Below, one piece after another: positions 26,825-37,310 of a DNA stretch of 45,655 nt. The number at the start of each line of letters is the position of its first letter. Positions within the stretch are counted from its first letter, which is position 1. This DNA is from Thermodesulfovibrionales bacterium (GTDB taxonomy: Bacteria; Nitrospirota; Thermodesulfovibrionia; Thermodesulfovibrionales; UBA6898): the NCBI GenBank assembly GCA_044450345.1, contig JBIOIY010000016.1, positions 1-45,655 on the forward strand, in the 5' to 3' direction. A model generated the notes under the pieces. The model had not been told where the DNA came from, searched no databases, and saw only the letters and a list, made by a program, of their open reading frames with translations. A program made the position numbers and the translations under genes.

Positions 26825-28171
26825 TCAATCTCCGGGAATCACCTGCTTCATATTCCCCACCACTACAAGAACATAATATTTTGTGTCCAGATATTTTTTT
26901 GCCACTCTGAGCACGTCGTCCTTGGTGACGGACTCGATAAGGCGCTTATACTTGTCCACGTAGTCAAGCCCTAAGTTGTAGAACTCCACCGCGATCAGGA
27001 GGCTTGCTATCTTGCTGTTGGAATCAATCCGCAGCGGGAAGCTTCCTGTCAGGTATGATTTGGCATCGTTTAGTTCCTTGTCGGTAACCGGTTCGGTACG
27101 CACCCTCTCCATCTCCTTCAGTATCTCACCGATGGCCGCATTAGCGGTCCTGTTCTTCGTCTGAAGGCCGGCCTGAAAACTCCCTCCGTACTTATTGGCC
27201 GAGAAGAAACTATGCACGTCATACGAAAGACCTTTATTGTCGCGTATGTTGTCCATCAGCCGTGACGCAAAACCTCCGCCTCCCAGGATATAATTCATGA
27301 CAGACACCGCGTAAAAATCGGGGCTTTCCCTTCCGATTCCGAGATGACCGAGAATAATATTGGCCTGGGTAAGATCTTTGTCGATCTTTATGATCTTGGG
27401 CGCAGAAAGAGGCCCCTGCACAGGGAGCGGTTTTTCGAGCACGTCCTTCTTTGCCCATCCTTTGAAATATCTGTCGAGCAGTGAATGGAGTTCGTTTTTC
27501 GTAACGTCGCCCACGACGGACAGAATCGCGTTGTTCGGCACGTAATATTCCCTGTGGAAATCGATTATGTCACGGCGCGTGATCGTATCGAGCGATTCCT
27601 CGGTCCCCTCCACCGGCCTGCCGTAAGGATGGGTGCCGAAGACGGCCTTCTTAAACTCCTTCGAGGCAACAATTCCCGGCTCCTCTTTTTGCCGCATGAT
27701 AGAGCTTATTATTACAGCCTTTTTCCTCTTTATCTCGTCTTCGCTGAAGGCAGGGTTGAGGACAATGTCGGAAAGGAGGTCAAATCCGAGATCCACGTCT
27801 TTCTTAAGGACGGAAAGGGTGACGGTAATATAATCCGCGCCGCCTGATGTTCCGATCTCACCGCCCACAAATTCAATTTCATCGCTGATCTGCTTCGAAG
27901 AGCGCTTTTCTGTCCCTTCATTGAGAAGGTCCGCTGTCAGGTTTGCGAGCCCGGCCTTTTCCGCGGGTTCGGCGACGCTCCCCGCCTTGATCGCAAGAAC
28001 CACCCTGACGATGGGCAGCGCGCTCCGTTCCTCATGAAGAAGGACCATCCCGTTCGGAAGGACTTCCCTGTCGGCCACCCTGCCGGCAAATACCGGGGCA
28101 GGACTAATCAGCGCAAAAAACAAAAAAAGCAGGCAGAGATTTATCTTCAATTCTTTCCAGCCTTGACCCAT
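26825..28171 (-). CDS. M16B peptidase, non-catalytic subunit
   Basis: M16 fold motifs (LPNGM, HPYGRP, ILGGGGFASRL..IRDNKGLSY); HXXEH replaced by NLTAD; signal peptide. Confidence 0.88.
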   Translation of the reverse strand: MGQGWKELKINLCLLFLFFALISPAPVFAGRVADREVLPNGMVLLHEERSALPIVRVVLAIKAGSVAEPAEKAGLANLTADLLNEGTEKRSSKQISDEIEFVGGEIGTSGGADYITVTLSVLKKDVDLGFDLLSDIVLNPAFSEDEIKRKKAVIISSIMRQKEEPGIVASKEFKKAVFGTHPYGRPVEGTEESLDTITRRDIIDFHREYYVPNNAILSVVGDVTKNELHSLLDRYFKGWAKKDVLEKPLPVQGPLSAPKIIKIDKDLTQANIILGHLGIGRESPDFYAVSVMNYILGGGGFASRLMDNIRDNKGLSYDVHSFFSANKYGGSFQAGLQTKNRTANAAIGEILKEMERVRTEPVTDKELNDAKSYLTGSFPLRIDSNSKIASLLIAVEFYNLGLDYVDKYKRLIESVTKDDVLRVAKKYLDTKYYVLVVVGNMKQVIPGD

Positions 28172-29487
28172 TACTTCTTTTCCTCCCCTGAAGGCATGAG
28201 TATCCCCGTAGTCTTCCTGTCTGATACAAGGTACTTCTCAGCCACATGCCGTACGTCTTCGGGGGTCACCTTCCTCACGCCTTCGAGGTACTTGTCGATA
28301 AGCTTCCATCCGCCTATCATTTCGAATGTTCCGATGGTCCTTGCCTGCATATACATGGAGTCCTGTTCCATAATAAAGGACGCCTCGATCTGGTTTTTGG
28401 CCTTCTGGACCTCCCGCTCCGAAGGCGCCGCTTTCTTTATCTTTTCCAACTCATCAAGCAGCGCTTTTTCCAGTTCTTCCATCTTCTTGCCGCGAGATGC
28501 TGTAGCGCCTGCATAAAAGAGAAAAGGTTCTCTGTACATTCCTTCATAGCTCGCCCATGCAGAGAGTGCAAGCTGCTTTTCATACACGAGAGAATTGTAG
28601 AGCCTTGAACTCTTGCCGCCCGAAAGGATGCCGGCAAGCACGTCAAGAGCAAAGGCGTCTTCCTCCCCGATAGAGGGCACCTTGTAGGCGGAAAGAACAT
28701 AGGGCAATTCAGCCTCTTTCTTTACGTACACCCTCTTTTCGCCGTATTGTACGTCCTCTCCGGCCCTGGCCTCTTTTATCGCAGGGACTCTCCGGACCTT
28801 GCCGAAGGACTCCCTGATCTTTGAAAGAATATCCGCAGGATCTACATCACCCACCACTATCGCGACGGCGTTATTCGGGGCATAATACGTCTTGTAGTGA
28901 GCTATCAGATCTTCCGGATCCAAGGTCTTCAGGTCGGACATCCACCCGATAACAGGCCACCGGTAGGGGTGGTTCTTGAAGGCAGCTGCCAGTACTTCTT
29001 CATGAACCAGGTTCTGGAGGTCATCTTCATAGCGCATCCTCCGCTCCTCCATTACAACAGCCAGCTCCGACATAACTGATGCCGGGGTGAGGGCCAGGTT
29101 CTTCATCCTGTCTGCCTCCATCTCTATCGGCAGCCCAATACGGTCGGAGGCCAGGAGCTCGAAATACGCAGTATACTCGCGGGTCGTAAAGGCGTTGTCT
29201 GTTCCGCCGCCCCTCTGGATCGTCTGGGAAAAGGTCTTTGGCCCATACTTAGATGTTCCCTTGAACATCATGTGCTCAAGGAGATGACTCAGTCCGGTCT
29301 TTCCGATCTTCTCGTTTACCGAGCCGACCCTGTACCATATCTGAAAGGTTGCGGTAGGGGCCTTGTGATCTTCGACGATAAGGACCTTCAGTCCGTTTTC
29401 AAGGGTGTATTCTTTGACGTTGACTGCGCCTGCAGTAAAGGGAGAAAGGACCATTACCAGAAAGACAAATAGCTTCAATATCTTCAT
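28171..29487 (-). CDS. M16B zinc peptidase, catalytic subunit
   Basis: GLSHLLEHMMFKGT (HXXEH), NAFT, EERRMR, HPYRWPVIG; signal peptide. Confidence 0.92.
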   Translation of the reverse strand: MKILKLFVFLVMVLSPFTAGAVNVKEYTLENGLKVLIVEDHKAPTATFQIWYRVGSVNEKIGKTGLSHLLEHMMFKGTSKYGPKTFSQTIQRGGGTDNAFTTREYTAYFELLASDRIGLPIEMEADRMKNLALTPASVMSELAVVMEERRMRYEDDLQNLVHEEVLAAAFKNHPYRWPVIGWMSDLKTLDPEDLIAHYKTYYAPNNAVAIVVGDVDPADILSKIRESFGKVRRVPAIKEARAGEDVQYGEKRVYVKKEAELPYVLSAYKVPSIGEEDAFALDVLAGILSGGKSSRLYNSLVYEKQLALSAWASYEGMYREPFLFYAGATASRGKKMEELEKALLDELEKIKKAAPSEREVQKAKNQIEASFIMEQDSMYMQARTIGTFEMIGGWKLIDKYLEGVRKVTPEDVRHVAEKYLVSDRKTTGILMPSGEEKK

Positions 29488-29606
29488 ACGTCTATATTAA
29501 ACGTTTTCCCTGAACGGGACAACTTTTTAGCTGTCACCTCCTGCCCGGAGCAAATGCATCCTGCGTTATTGCCTGAACAAAGCAGTTCGCGTACAATACG
29601 ATAGAC

Positions 29607-30410
29607 ATGGATATTGAAGACCTCAGGAAAATAGGGGCGGGTCTTATGAAGGAGGTCTCCGGGCTCAGACATTCCCCCGACATAAAAATCCCGCTCGGTT
29701 TAGGGGCCGGCGGCGATAAGACTTTCCCGATTGACAGAAAGGCCGAAGAGATAGTCCTGGCCGGGCTCGCCTCACTGCAAGAACCCCTTACCATCATATC
29801 CGAAGAACTCGGGATCCAGGAGCTGAACGGCGGCGGGATGAGGGTGGTCATCGATCCTGTCGACGGAAGCAAGAACGCGATATCCGGGATACCGGTCTAC
29901 TGTACGTCGATCGCGGTATCTTCAGAAGAGAAGTTGTCAGGGGTAGTCCTTTCTTATGTTATCGACCTTGTCTCAGGAGATGAATTCTGGGCGGAAAAGG
30001 GCAGCGGGGCATACATGAACGGGGAAAGACTTCATACTCAGCGTGATGACGAACTGTATCTCGCCGCATACGAGGCCCAGTCACCGGCAAGGGACATTCC
30101 CTCAATCATGCCGCTTCTTGCCCGTGCCCGGAAGACGAGGTGTCTGGGGTCGACCGCCCTTGACCTGGCCTACCTTGCATCTGGCTCGGTCAGCGTTTTC
30201 GTCTGTCCCTCTCCGTCGCGGAGCTTCGATTTTGCGGGGGGGTGGCTCCTCGTAAGGGAGGCAGGAGGAATCATTACGAATACGGTGGGTGAGGAGATCG
30301 GCGGCACCCTGCTCAGTCTCAAAAGGAGTTCTCCCCTCCTCGCTGCGGGAAACAGGGAGCTCCACCGAAAGGCACTGACTCTCCTTACAGAAAAGAAAAA
30401 AGATGAATAG
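29607..30410 (+). CDS. Inositol monophosphatase / FBPase (FIG superfamily)
   Basis: GAGGDKT..ID..AE, SEE, VIDPVDGSKNA, RCLGSTALDL, FDFAGG..LVREAGG. Confidence 0.87.
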   Translation: MDIEDLRKIGAGLMKEVSGLRHSPDIKIPLGLGAGGDKTFPIDRKAEEIVLAGLASLQEPLTIISEELGIQELNGGGMRVVIDPVDGSKNAISGIPVYCTSIAVSSEEKLSGVVLSYVIDLVSGDEFWAEKGSGAYMNGERLHTQRDDELYLAAYEAQSPARDIPSIMPLLARARKTRCLGSTALDLAYLASGSVSVFVCPSPSRSFDFAGGWLLVREAGGIITNTVGEEIGGTLLSLKRSSPLLAAGNRELHRKALTLLTEKKKDE

Positions 30411-30723
30411 GTTTCTCATATTCGTCATCGCCGGCCTGGCAGGGGCCTTGATAGCAGATAAGAAGGGCAGAGACATGCTGACATGGGGTCTGGTCTGCCT
30501 TTTTCTCCCCCCGGCTGTACTCCTCCTTCTCTTTCTTCCGCCCGTCGCGGCAAGGGGCAGGACGAGGAGATGCCCGTACTGCGCAAACGTCGTTTCGCTG
30601 AAAGACACCACATGCAAGTTCTGTAAGAAGGAGTTGCCGATCGAGATGGTCAAGTGCCCTGCTTGCGGAAGTTTCGTCCCGGATAAGGAATACTGCATAC
30701 AGTGCACCAGGAAGCTTAGATAA
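30403..30723 (+). CDS. Membrane-anchored double zinc-ribbon protein
   Basis: Two N-terminal TM segments with a KGR motif, then CPYC, CKFC, CPAC, CIQC. Confidence 0.75.
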   Translation: MNRFLIFVIAGLAGALIADKKGRDMLTWGLVCLFLPPAVLLLLFLPPVAARGRTRRCPYCANVVSLKDTTCKFCKKELPIEMVKCPACGSFVPDKEYCIQCTRKLR

Positions 30724-30778
30724 TAAGCGATCAGCCTTCAGCTATAATCAGATATCAAATCACTCACAGTTATTATTT

Positions 30779-30901
30779 ATGAATAAAGGAGGGGACTGTC
30801 TTTGAGCGGCTTCAATTTCTCGTATGGACCCGCAGCAGGCGGGTCGAGAAATTGCCTCGGAGCGAAGCGAGAATGAGCGAAAAGATGGTCCCCTTCTTCA
30901 T
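30779..30901. repeat. ~120 nt palindromic element (MITE/REP-like) between convergent genes
   Basis: Outer stem AGGAGGGGACTGTCTTT / AAAGATGGTCCCCTTCT; inner CAATTTCTCG/CGAGAAATTG and GACCCGC/GCGGGTC; contains GAGCGAAGCGAG. Confidence 0.65.
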
Positions 30902-30932
30902 ATGTACAATGTCTTGAGCTGAACGCTGAATG

Positions 30933-32657
30933 CTATCTTATATAGGCCTCTGTGACATACCTGCGCATCATCCGGTGGCTGTTGAAATAGTAGGCGTTCT
31001 TTCCTATCGCGTTCTGCATCATCCTTACCCACGTATGCCTGTCGTTGTAATAGATTGGGATAATCACTTTTTCAAGTTTGTGATAAAGGTCCTCGGCATC
31101 ACGCGCGTCGGCATCTGCACCCGGCGAAAGCTCGTGGGGGGCAGGCCCGATGGACCATCCTGTGAAACCTTCGATATGTCCTTCTATCCACCAGCCGTCG
31201 AGCACGCTGAAGTTCATAACACCGTTATGGGTCGCCTTCATCCCGCTTGTCCCCGAAGCCTCAAGCGGTCTCAACGGGGTATTCATCCATATGTCGACCC
31301 CTGACACGATCTTCAACGCTGTTTCCATGTTATAGTTTTTCAGGTAGACGATCTTGATCTTGTCCTTGAGAAGCTCCTTATATCTGAAGATATTCTGGAT
31401 GAGTTTTTTGCCGGCCTCGTCCTGAGGATGGGCCTTCCCCGCATACACAAGCTGCATTTTGCCGGCGCCTATCCTTTCAAGACGGGCGATATCCCCGAAG
31501 ATCAGGTCGGCCCTCTTATACGCTGTTGCCCGCCTTGCAAAACCGATCGTTAGGAGATCCGGAGTCAGTTCGATCCCGGTTTTTTCCTTGACCAAGCCGA
31601 AGAGCAGTCTCTTGGCCTCCATATGGGCCTCCCACAACCTCTCGTCGGGGACGCGTCCCACTCTTACAAAAAGCTCCGGCTCGTTGGCCCATCCGGGAAG
31701 GTACTCGTCAAACACCTTCTTGAAGCTGTCGCATGTCCAGGTATAGGAATGGACCCCGTTTGTAATCGCGTGTATCTCGTAGCCTGGGAACATGCTCTGC
31801 GAGACCTCCCCGTGCTTTTTGGCAACCCCATTGATGTAGCGGCTCAAATTGAGTGCGAGCATAGTCATATTGAGATAATCGTTGCCGGCGAGTTCCTTGA
31901 GTATAGGAACGGGAATTATCTCTCCCATGACACGCGAGACCAGGTCATAAGGGAATTTATCATGACCCGCCTCCACCGGCGTATGCGTCGTGAAGACACA
32001 AAGGTTCTTCACGCTGCGCCTGTCCCAGACGAGCTTTTCGTCCCACACGTCCTCAATAGGCTTCTTGAACCTTTGGAGAAGTTCGAGGGTCAGAAGGCTT
32101 GCATGGCCCTCATTCATATGATACTTCTTTACCTCGAATCCCATCTCGTGGAGCATTCGTACGCCCCCCAGACCAAGCACTATCTCCTGCTTGAGCCTGT
32201 AAGTCTTGTCTCCGCCGTAGAGAAAAGCCGTTACTTCGCGGTCCTGGGGCTGATTTTCGGCGATGTCGGTATCGAGGAAAAACACGGGAATGTTGCCGCC
32301 CGTGAGACTTTTCACATTGTAAAACCATGCCTGGACAGAGACCTCCCGCCCCTCGATCTGGACAGTCACCCTGTGCGGCAGGAGTTCCATATACCTCGCC
32401 GGTTCCCATATAAAGGGCAGCTCGCTCTGCCATCCGCCCTCATCGATCTCCTGCGTGAAATACCCTTTTTTACAGAGGATCGTGACCGCCACCATAGGCA
32501 ACCTCAGGTCCGCAGCGGACCGGATGGTATCACCTGCCAGCACGCCGAGCCCCCCGCTGTAAGTAGGGATGTCGTTATGTACGCCTATCTCCATCGAGAA
32601 ATAGGCTATCTTAGGTTCTTTTGTCAGCTCCTCTAATTGATCAAGTACTCCACTCAT
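30933..32657 (-). CDS. glgP: Alpha-glucan (glycogen) phosphorylase
   Basis: AYFSMEIG..YSGGLGVLAGD, HMNEGH, FTTHTPVEAGHD, GFARRATAYKR, EASGTSGMKA (PLP Lys). Confidence 0.95.
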   Translation of the reverse strand: MSGVLDQLEELTKEPKIAYFSMEIGVHNDIPTYSGGLGVLAGDTIRSAADLRLPMVAVTILCKKGYFTQEIDEGGWQSELPFIWEPARYMELLPHRVTVQIEGREVSVQAWFYNVKSLTGGNIPVFFLDTDIAENQPQDREVTAFLYGGDKTYRLKQEIVLGLGGVRMLHEMGFEVKKYHMNEGHASLLTLELLQRFKKPIEDVWDEKLVWDRRSVKNLCVFTTHTPVEAGHDKFPYDLVSRVMGEIIPVPILKELAGNDYLNMTMLALNLSRYINGVAKKHGEVSQSMFPGYEIHAITNGVHSYTWTCDSFKKVFDEYLPGWANEPELFVRVGRVPDERLWEAHMEAKRLLFGLVKEKTGIELTPDLLTIGFARRATAYKRADLIFGDIARLERIGAGKMQLVYAGKAHPQDEAGKKLIQNIFRYKELLKDKIKIVYLKNYNMETALKIVSGVDIWMNTPLRPLEASGTSGMKATHNGVMNFSVLDGWWIEGHIEGFTGWSIGPAPHELSPGADADARDAEDLYHKLEKVIIPIYYNDRHTWVRMMQNAIGKNAYYFNSHRMMRRYVTEAYIR

Positions 32658-32808
32658 GACTTAGGGCATTCCTTTCTTCAGAACAATCCTCTCTGCATGA
32701 AATTTTCCGATTTTACGTCCGAAGGAGACTCCGGAATAATTGCATTATGATCACCTGGTTATGTACATTATAACAGCTCTTTAGGTTTTTGTTGGTTTTA
32801 TGGTATCA

Positions 32809-32837
32809 TTGAAAAAAGTAAAGGCATTTGTTAGTAT
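32809..32837 (+). promoter_or_regulatory. Sigma70-like promoter of the RDD-mre operon (probably leaderless)
   Basis: TTGAAA-17nt-TAGTAT with extended TG; ATG lies 5 nt downstream and there is no SD. Confidence 0.5.
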
Positions 32838-32842
32838 TTTGG

Positions 32843-33250
32843 ATGTCAGAGGAACAAAGAAGGGCAGGACTTCTTCTCAGAACTGCTGCCAGGATCGTTG
32901 ATTTCATACTCATCGCCGCAGTTATAGAGATCCTACCACGGGCAGGTTTTTTCGCGGGCCTTACGTACTTACTTTTGGGAGACGGTTTTTTCGACGGCAG
33001 GAGTATCGGCAAGAAACTGCTCAAAATTCAGGTCGTATCGGCCGGCACAGACAGCCCCTGCACTTTCAAGGATTCCATATTACGAAACAGCACGTTCGCT
33101 GTCGGCTATGTATTATGGATTGTTCCGTTCATCGGGTGGATCTTCATCCTGATTATCAGCGCAGTCGAATTCGTTCTTGTTCTTGGGAGTAAAGACGGTA
33201 TGCGGCTGGGCGATGAGATCGCAAAGACTGCCGTAATTGAAACGTTATAG
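32843..33250 (+). CDS. RDD family membrane protein
   Basis: R-TAARIVD..., GRSIGKKLLKIQVV, SILRN, RLGDEIAKT. Confidence 0.85.
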   Translation: MSEEQRRAGLLLRTAARIVDFILIAAVIEILPRAGFFAGLTYLLLGDGFFDGRSIGKKLLKIQVVSAGTDSPCTFKDSILRNSTFAVGYVLWIVPFIGWIFILIISAVEFVLVLGSKDGMRLGDEIAKTAVIETL

Positions 33251-34300
<1,050 letters not shown>

Positions 34301-34304
34301 TGCA

Positions 34305-35087
34305 ATGCTCAGGAAAAAGACACTTCTTTTTTTCGTCGTAATTATCTTTTCCTTTGTCCTTATGACGTATCAGAGTAAAAAAGGCCATACCTTATCGGTC
34401 GATTTCATACGCGGGCCCCTTAATAGTATGCATGCGGCGTCACATTCGCTTACCGAGGCGATGACAAGGCCGTTCAGGATGATAGCCTTACGGGAAAAAG
34501 AGAACGTTGAGCTGAAAAAAAAGATCGATGAACTCCTGCTTGAAAAAGAAAAATACCGCGAGGCCCTCCTCGAAAACAAGCGGCTTAAGGAACTCCTCTC
34601 CCTCCGCGAATCCAAAAAAGACTATGTCGCGTCTGCAAATGTCATCGCAAGGGGAATAGACAACTGGACACACACGCTTCTCATCGACAAAGGGTCAAAA
34701 GACGGTGTCGCCAAAGACATGGCCGCCATCACGCCCAGGGGACTTGCGGGAAAGATCACAAGCGTGTCTGCCTCCTATGCCTACCTTCTTTTGCTTAACG
34801 ACATAAATTTTTCCGCTTCGGTCAGAATTCAGGGAAACAGGACAGAAGGAGTTCTTTCGGGTACCGGCTCAAGAAAATGCGTCTTGAAGTATGTCCCCTT
34901 TGAGGACGAAATAAAAACCGGTGATATCGCGATTACCTCCGGGCTTGACATGCTGTTCCCTCCGGGCATTCCGGTCGGGTACGTATCGAAAGTAGACAGC
35001 AAGACCGGGGGAGGGAATTTCCAGTATATCGAGCTCCAGCCTTTTCAGGACAGCGCAAAAATAGAGGAAGTGCTGATAGTAAAATGA
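34305..35087 (+). CDS. mreC: Rod shape-determining protein MreC
   Basis: TM plus coiled coil (ENKRLKELL), IDKGSKDGV, TSGLDMLFPPGIPVG; operon position. Confidence 0.93.
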   Translation: MLRKKTLLFFVVIIFSFVLMTYQSKKGHTLSVDFIRGPLNSMHAASHSLTEAMTRPFRMIALREKENVELKKKIDELLLEKEKYREALLENKRLKELLSLRESKKDYVASANVIARGIDNWTHTLLIDKGSKDGVAKDMAAITPRGLAGKITSVSASYAYLLLLNDINFSASVRIQGNRTEGVLSGTGSRKCVLKYVPFEDEIKTGDIAITSGLDMLFPPGIPVGYVSKVDSKTGGGNFQYIELQPFQDSAKIEEVLIVK

Positions 35088-35539
35088 AATACCTCTTTCT
35101 TGCGATAGCGGTATTCCTCACTTTCTTTCTGCAGGGCAGGATATCGGTCCTCGGGATCTCGCCGGATCTGACCACCCTGCTGGTTTTCTTTGCGGGGATG
35201 AGGTACGGAGGGACCGAAGGTCTCCTGTTCGGCGTCCTCACCGGGGCCCTTGAAGACGGACTCTCGGGGTCTTTTATCGGGCCTCATATGCTCAGTAAAG
35301 GCATAATCGGCTTTTCCTCTTCTTTTTTTATCTCAGGCGGACTTTTAAGCTGGACCCCTTTGCTGGGTATGGTTGCAGTGGCGCTTCTGACGGTCTCCGA
35401 TAATTTTGTTGTTTTCTTGACCAGGACCATCTTCGACAGAATGCCCGCTACGCTGCCGACGGCGCTGTTCGTGACAATAATGCAGGCGCTCCTGAACGCG
35501 CCCGCAGGCATATTCATGAGTCCGAAACATGTCGACTGA
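35084..35539 (+). CDS. mreD: Rod shape-determining protein MreD
   Basis: Hydrophobic, SPDL motif, G...G.LED; lies between mreC and mrdA. Confidence 0.85.
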   Translation: MKYLFLAIAVFLTFFLQGRISVLGISPDLTTLLVFFAGMRYGGTEGLLFGVLTGALEDGLSGSFIGPHMLSKGIIGFSSSFFISGGLLSWTPLLGMVAVALLTVSDNFVVFLTRTIFDRMPATLPTALFVTIMQALLNAPAGIFMSPKHVD

Positions 35540-37310
35540 AAATAAAAGTTCCGAAAAGGTCCGTATTATCGGCTATTTACTGATGGCAGGGTTTGCGATA
35601 ATCCTGGTCAGGCTCTGGCAGTTGCAGGTCCTGCAGGGAAGCGAATACAGGAAGATATCCGATTCCAATCGGCTGAGGGTCATCGGCGTGCCGGCCCCGC
35701 GAGGCATAATATTCGACAGAAACGGAATACCCCTCGTGAAGAATGTCCCTTATTTCTGTGCATCACTCATACCTGGGGAATTCAATAGCGATAACTTGCC
35801 CTCACTTGCCAAATTATTGGACGTAACCGAGGCTGAGCTGGGAAGCAAAATACACAGGACGGAACAAAGCCCTTTCACGCCGGTCAGGCTGAAAGAGGGG
35901 CTCTCCCTGAAAGAGGTCAGTTATGTCGAGGCGCGTCGTTCCGATTTTCCCGGGCTCATAATCGAGATCGAGGTCAGCAGGGGATATCTCTTCGGGAGCA
36001 CAGGTGCGCATCTGGTCGGATACCTCGGCAAGATGTCGCCAAGACAAGCGAAGGACCCCGAATTCAGGGAAGTGCCGCCCAATGCCTTTATCGGTCAATG
36101 GGGCGTTGAGAAGCTTTTCGACAGGACCCTGAGGGGCGTCGCCGGTCAGCGAGTGATCGAAGTCGACGCCCTGGGAAGGGAGATTCGGTTGCTCAGGGAA
36201 AAGTCTCCGGTGAAAGGGGCTGACCTTTCCCTGAGTATTGATATCGCGCTTCAGAGCGAGGGTGAGAAAGCCTTCCAGGGCAGGACAGGTGCTCTCGTTG
36301 CACTCAGGCCCGACACGGGCGAAATGCTCGGATATGTAAGTTCCCCCTCCTTTGATCCGAATAAATTTGCAAAAGGGATCCCCTCTGAAGAATGGGAATC
36401 GCTCAGCAAAGACAAGAACCTGCCGATGCTGAACAGGGCGATACAGAGTCAGTATCCTCCCGGCTCCACCTTCAAGATCATCATGGCGATAGCAGGGCTT
36501 GAAGAAGGGGCCATATCCGATTCGACGAAGGTCGACTGCAGGGGAGGAATAAATTTCGGCAAATGGCACTTCGGCTGTTGGAGAAAAGGCGGTCACGGCA
36601 CCGTCTCTCTGCACAGGGCCCTTGTCGAATCCTGTGACGTCTATTTTTATGATGTGGGGAAGCGCCTGGGCATAGACAGGATATACAAATATGCGACGAA
36701 GTTCGGACTCGGAAAGGAAACCGGCATCACCCTCGGCCTCGAAAAAAAGGGGTTGATCCCCAATACGAAATGGAAACTGGAGGTAAAAAAGGCACAGTGG
36801 TTTCTCGGCGAGACCTTCGTCAACTCGATAGGCCAGGGCTATGTCTCGGTCACGCCGGTGCAGATGGCGGTGATGATGTCCGCGGTTTCCAACGGCGGAA
36901 AAGTGTACAGGCCTACGATCCTGAAAGGTGCCCGTCCGGAACTTGTCATGAACGCTGATGTCAAACCCGAAACACTCGAAACAATCAAAGAATATCTCAA
37001 GGGCGTCGTGAATGAACCCGGCGGCACCGGGGGAGCTGCAAAGTCTTCCGTGACAATAATAGGAGGCAAGACCGGGACCGCCCAGGTAGTGGGGCTCCAC
37101 AAGAATTCAAAATTCCTTTCGGAAAAATTCAGGGACCACGCCTGGTTCGTCGCATTTGCCCCCGTGGACAAGCCCGAAGTCGCGATGTCCGTGCTTGTCG
37201 AGCACGGCGGCCATGGCGGGAGCGCCGCTGCGCCGATCGCAAAAAAAGCGATCGAGGCCTACATGCTGCCTCCAGAGAAGAAAAGAGAGCTGGCCCATGT
37301 TCAAGATTGA
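35529..37310 (+). CDS. mrdA: Penicillin-binding protein 2
   Basis: APRGIIFDRNG, YPPGSTFK (SxxK), SCD, KTGTAQ, DHAWF. Confidence 0.96.
   Translation: MSTENKSSEKVRIIGYLLMAGFAIILVRLWQLQVLQGSEYRKISDSNRLRVIGVPAPRGIIFDRNGIPLVKNVPYFCASLIPGEFNSDNLPSLAKLLDVTEAELGSKIHRTEQSPFTPVRLKEGLSLKEVSYVEARRSDFPGLIIEIEVSRGYLFGSTGAHLVGYLGKMSPRQAKDPEFREVPPNAFIGQWGVEKLFDRTLRGVAGQRVIEVDALGREIRLLREKSPVKGADLSLSIDIALQSEGEKAFQGRTGALVALRPDTGEMLGYVSSPSFDPNKFAKGIPSEEWESLSKDKNLPMLNRAIQSQYPPGSTFKIIMAIAGLEEGAISDSTKVDCRGGINFGKWHFGCWRKGGHGTVSLHRALVESCDVYFYDVGKRLGIDRIYKYATKFGLGKETGITLGLEKKGLIPNTKWKLEVKKAQWFLGETFVNSIGQGYVSVTPVQMAVMMSAVSNGGKVYRPTILKGARPELVMNADVKPETLETIKEYLKGVVNEPGGTGGAAKSSVTIIGGKTGTAQVVGLHKNSKFLSEKFRDHAWFVAFAPVDKPEVAMSVLVEHGGHGGSAAAPIAKKAIEAYMLPPEKKRELAHVQD

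Noticed and set aside
35814..37100. 428-aa antisense ORF, and other long antisense ORFs (3204-4055, 9967-10824, 11936-12850, 31623-32636)
   Set aside because: They lie opposite well-supported genes, have no motifs, and are expected from codon bias.
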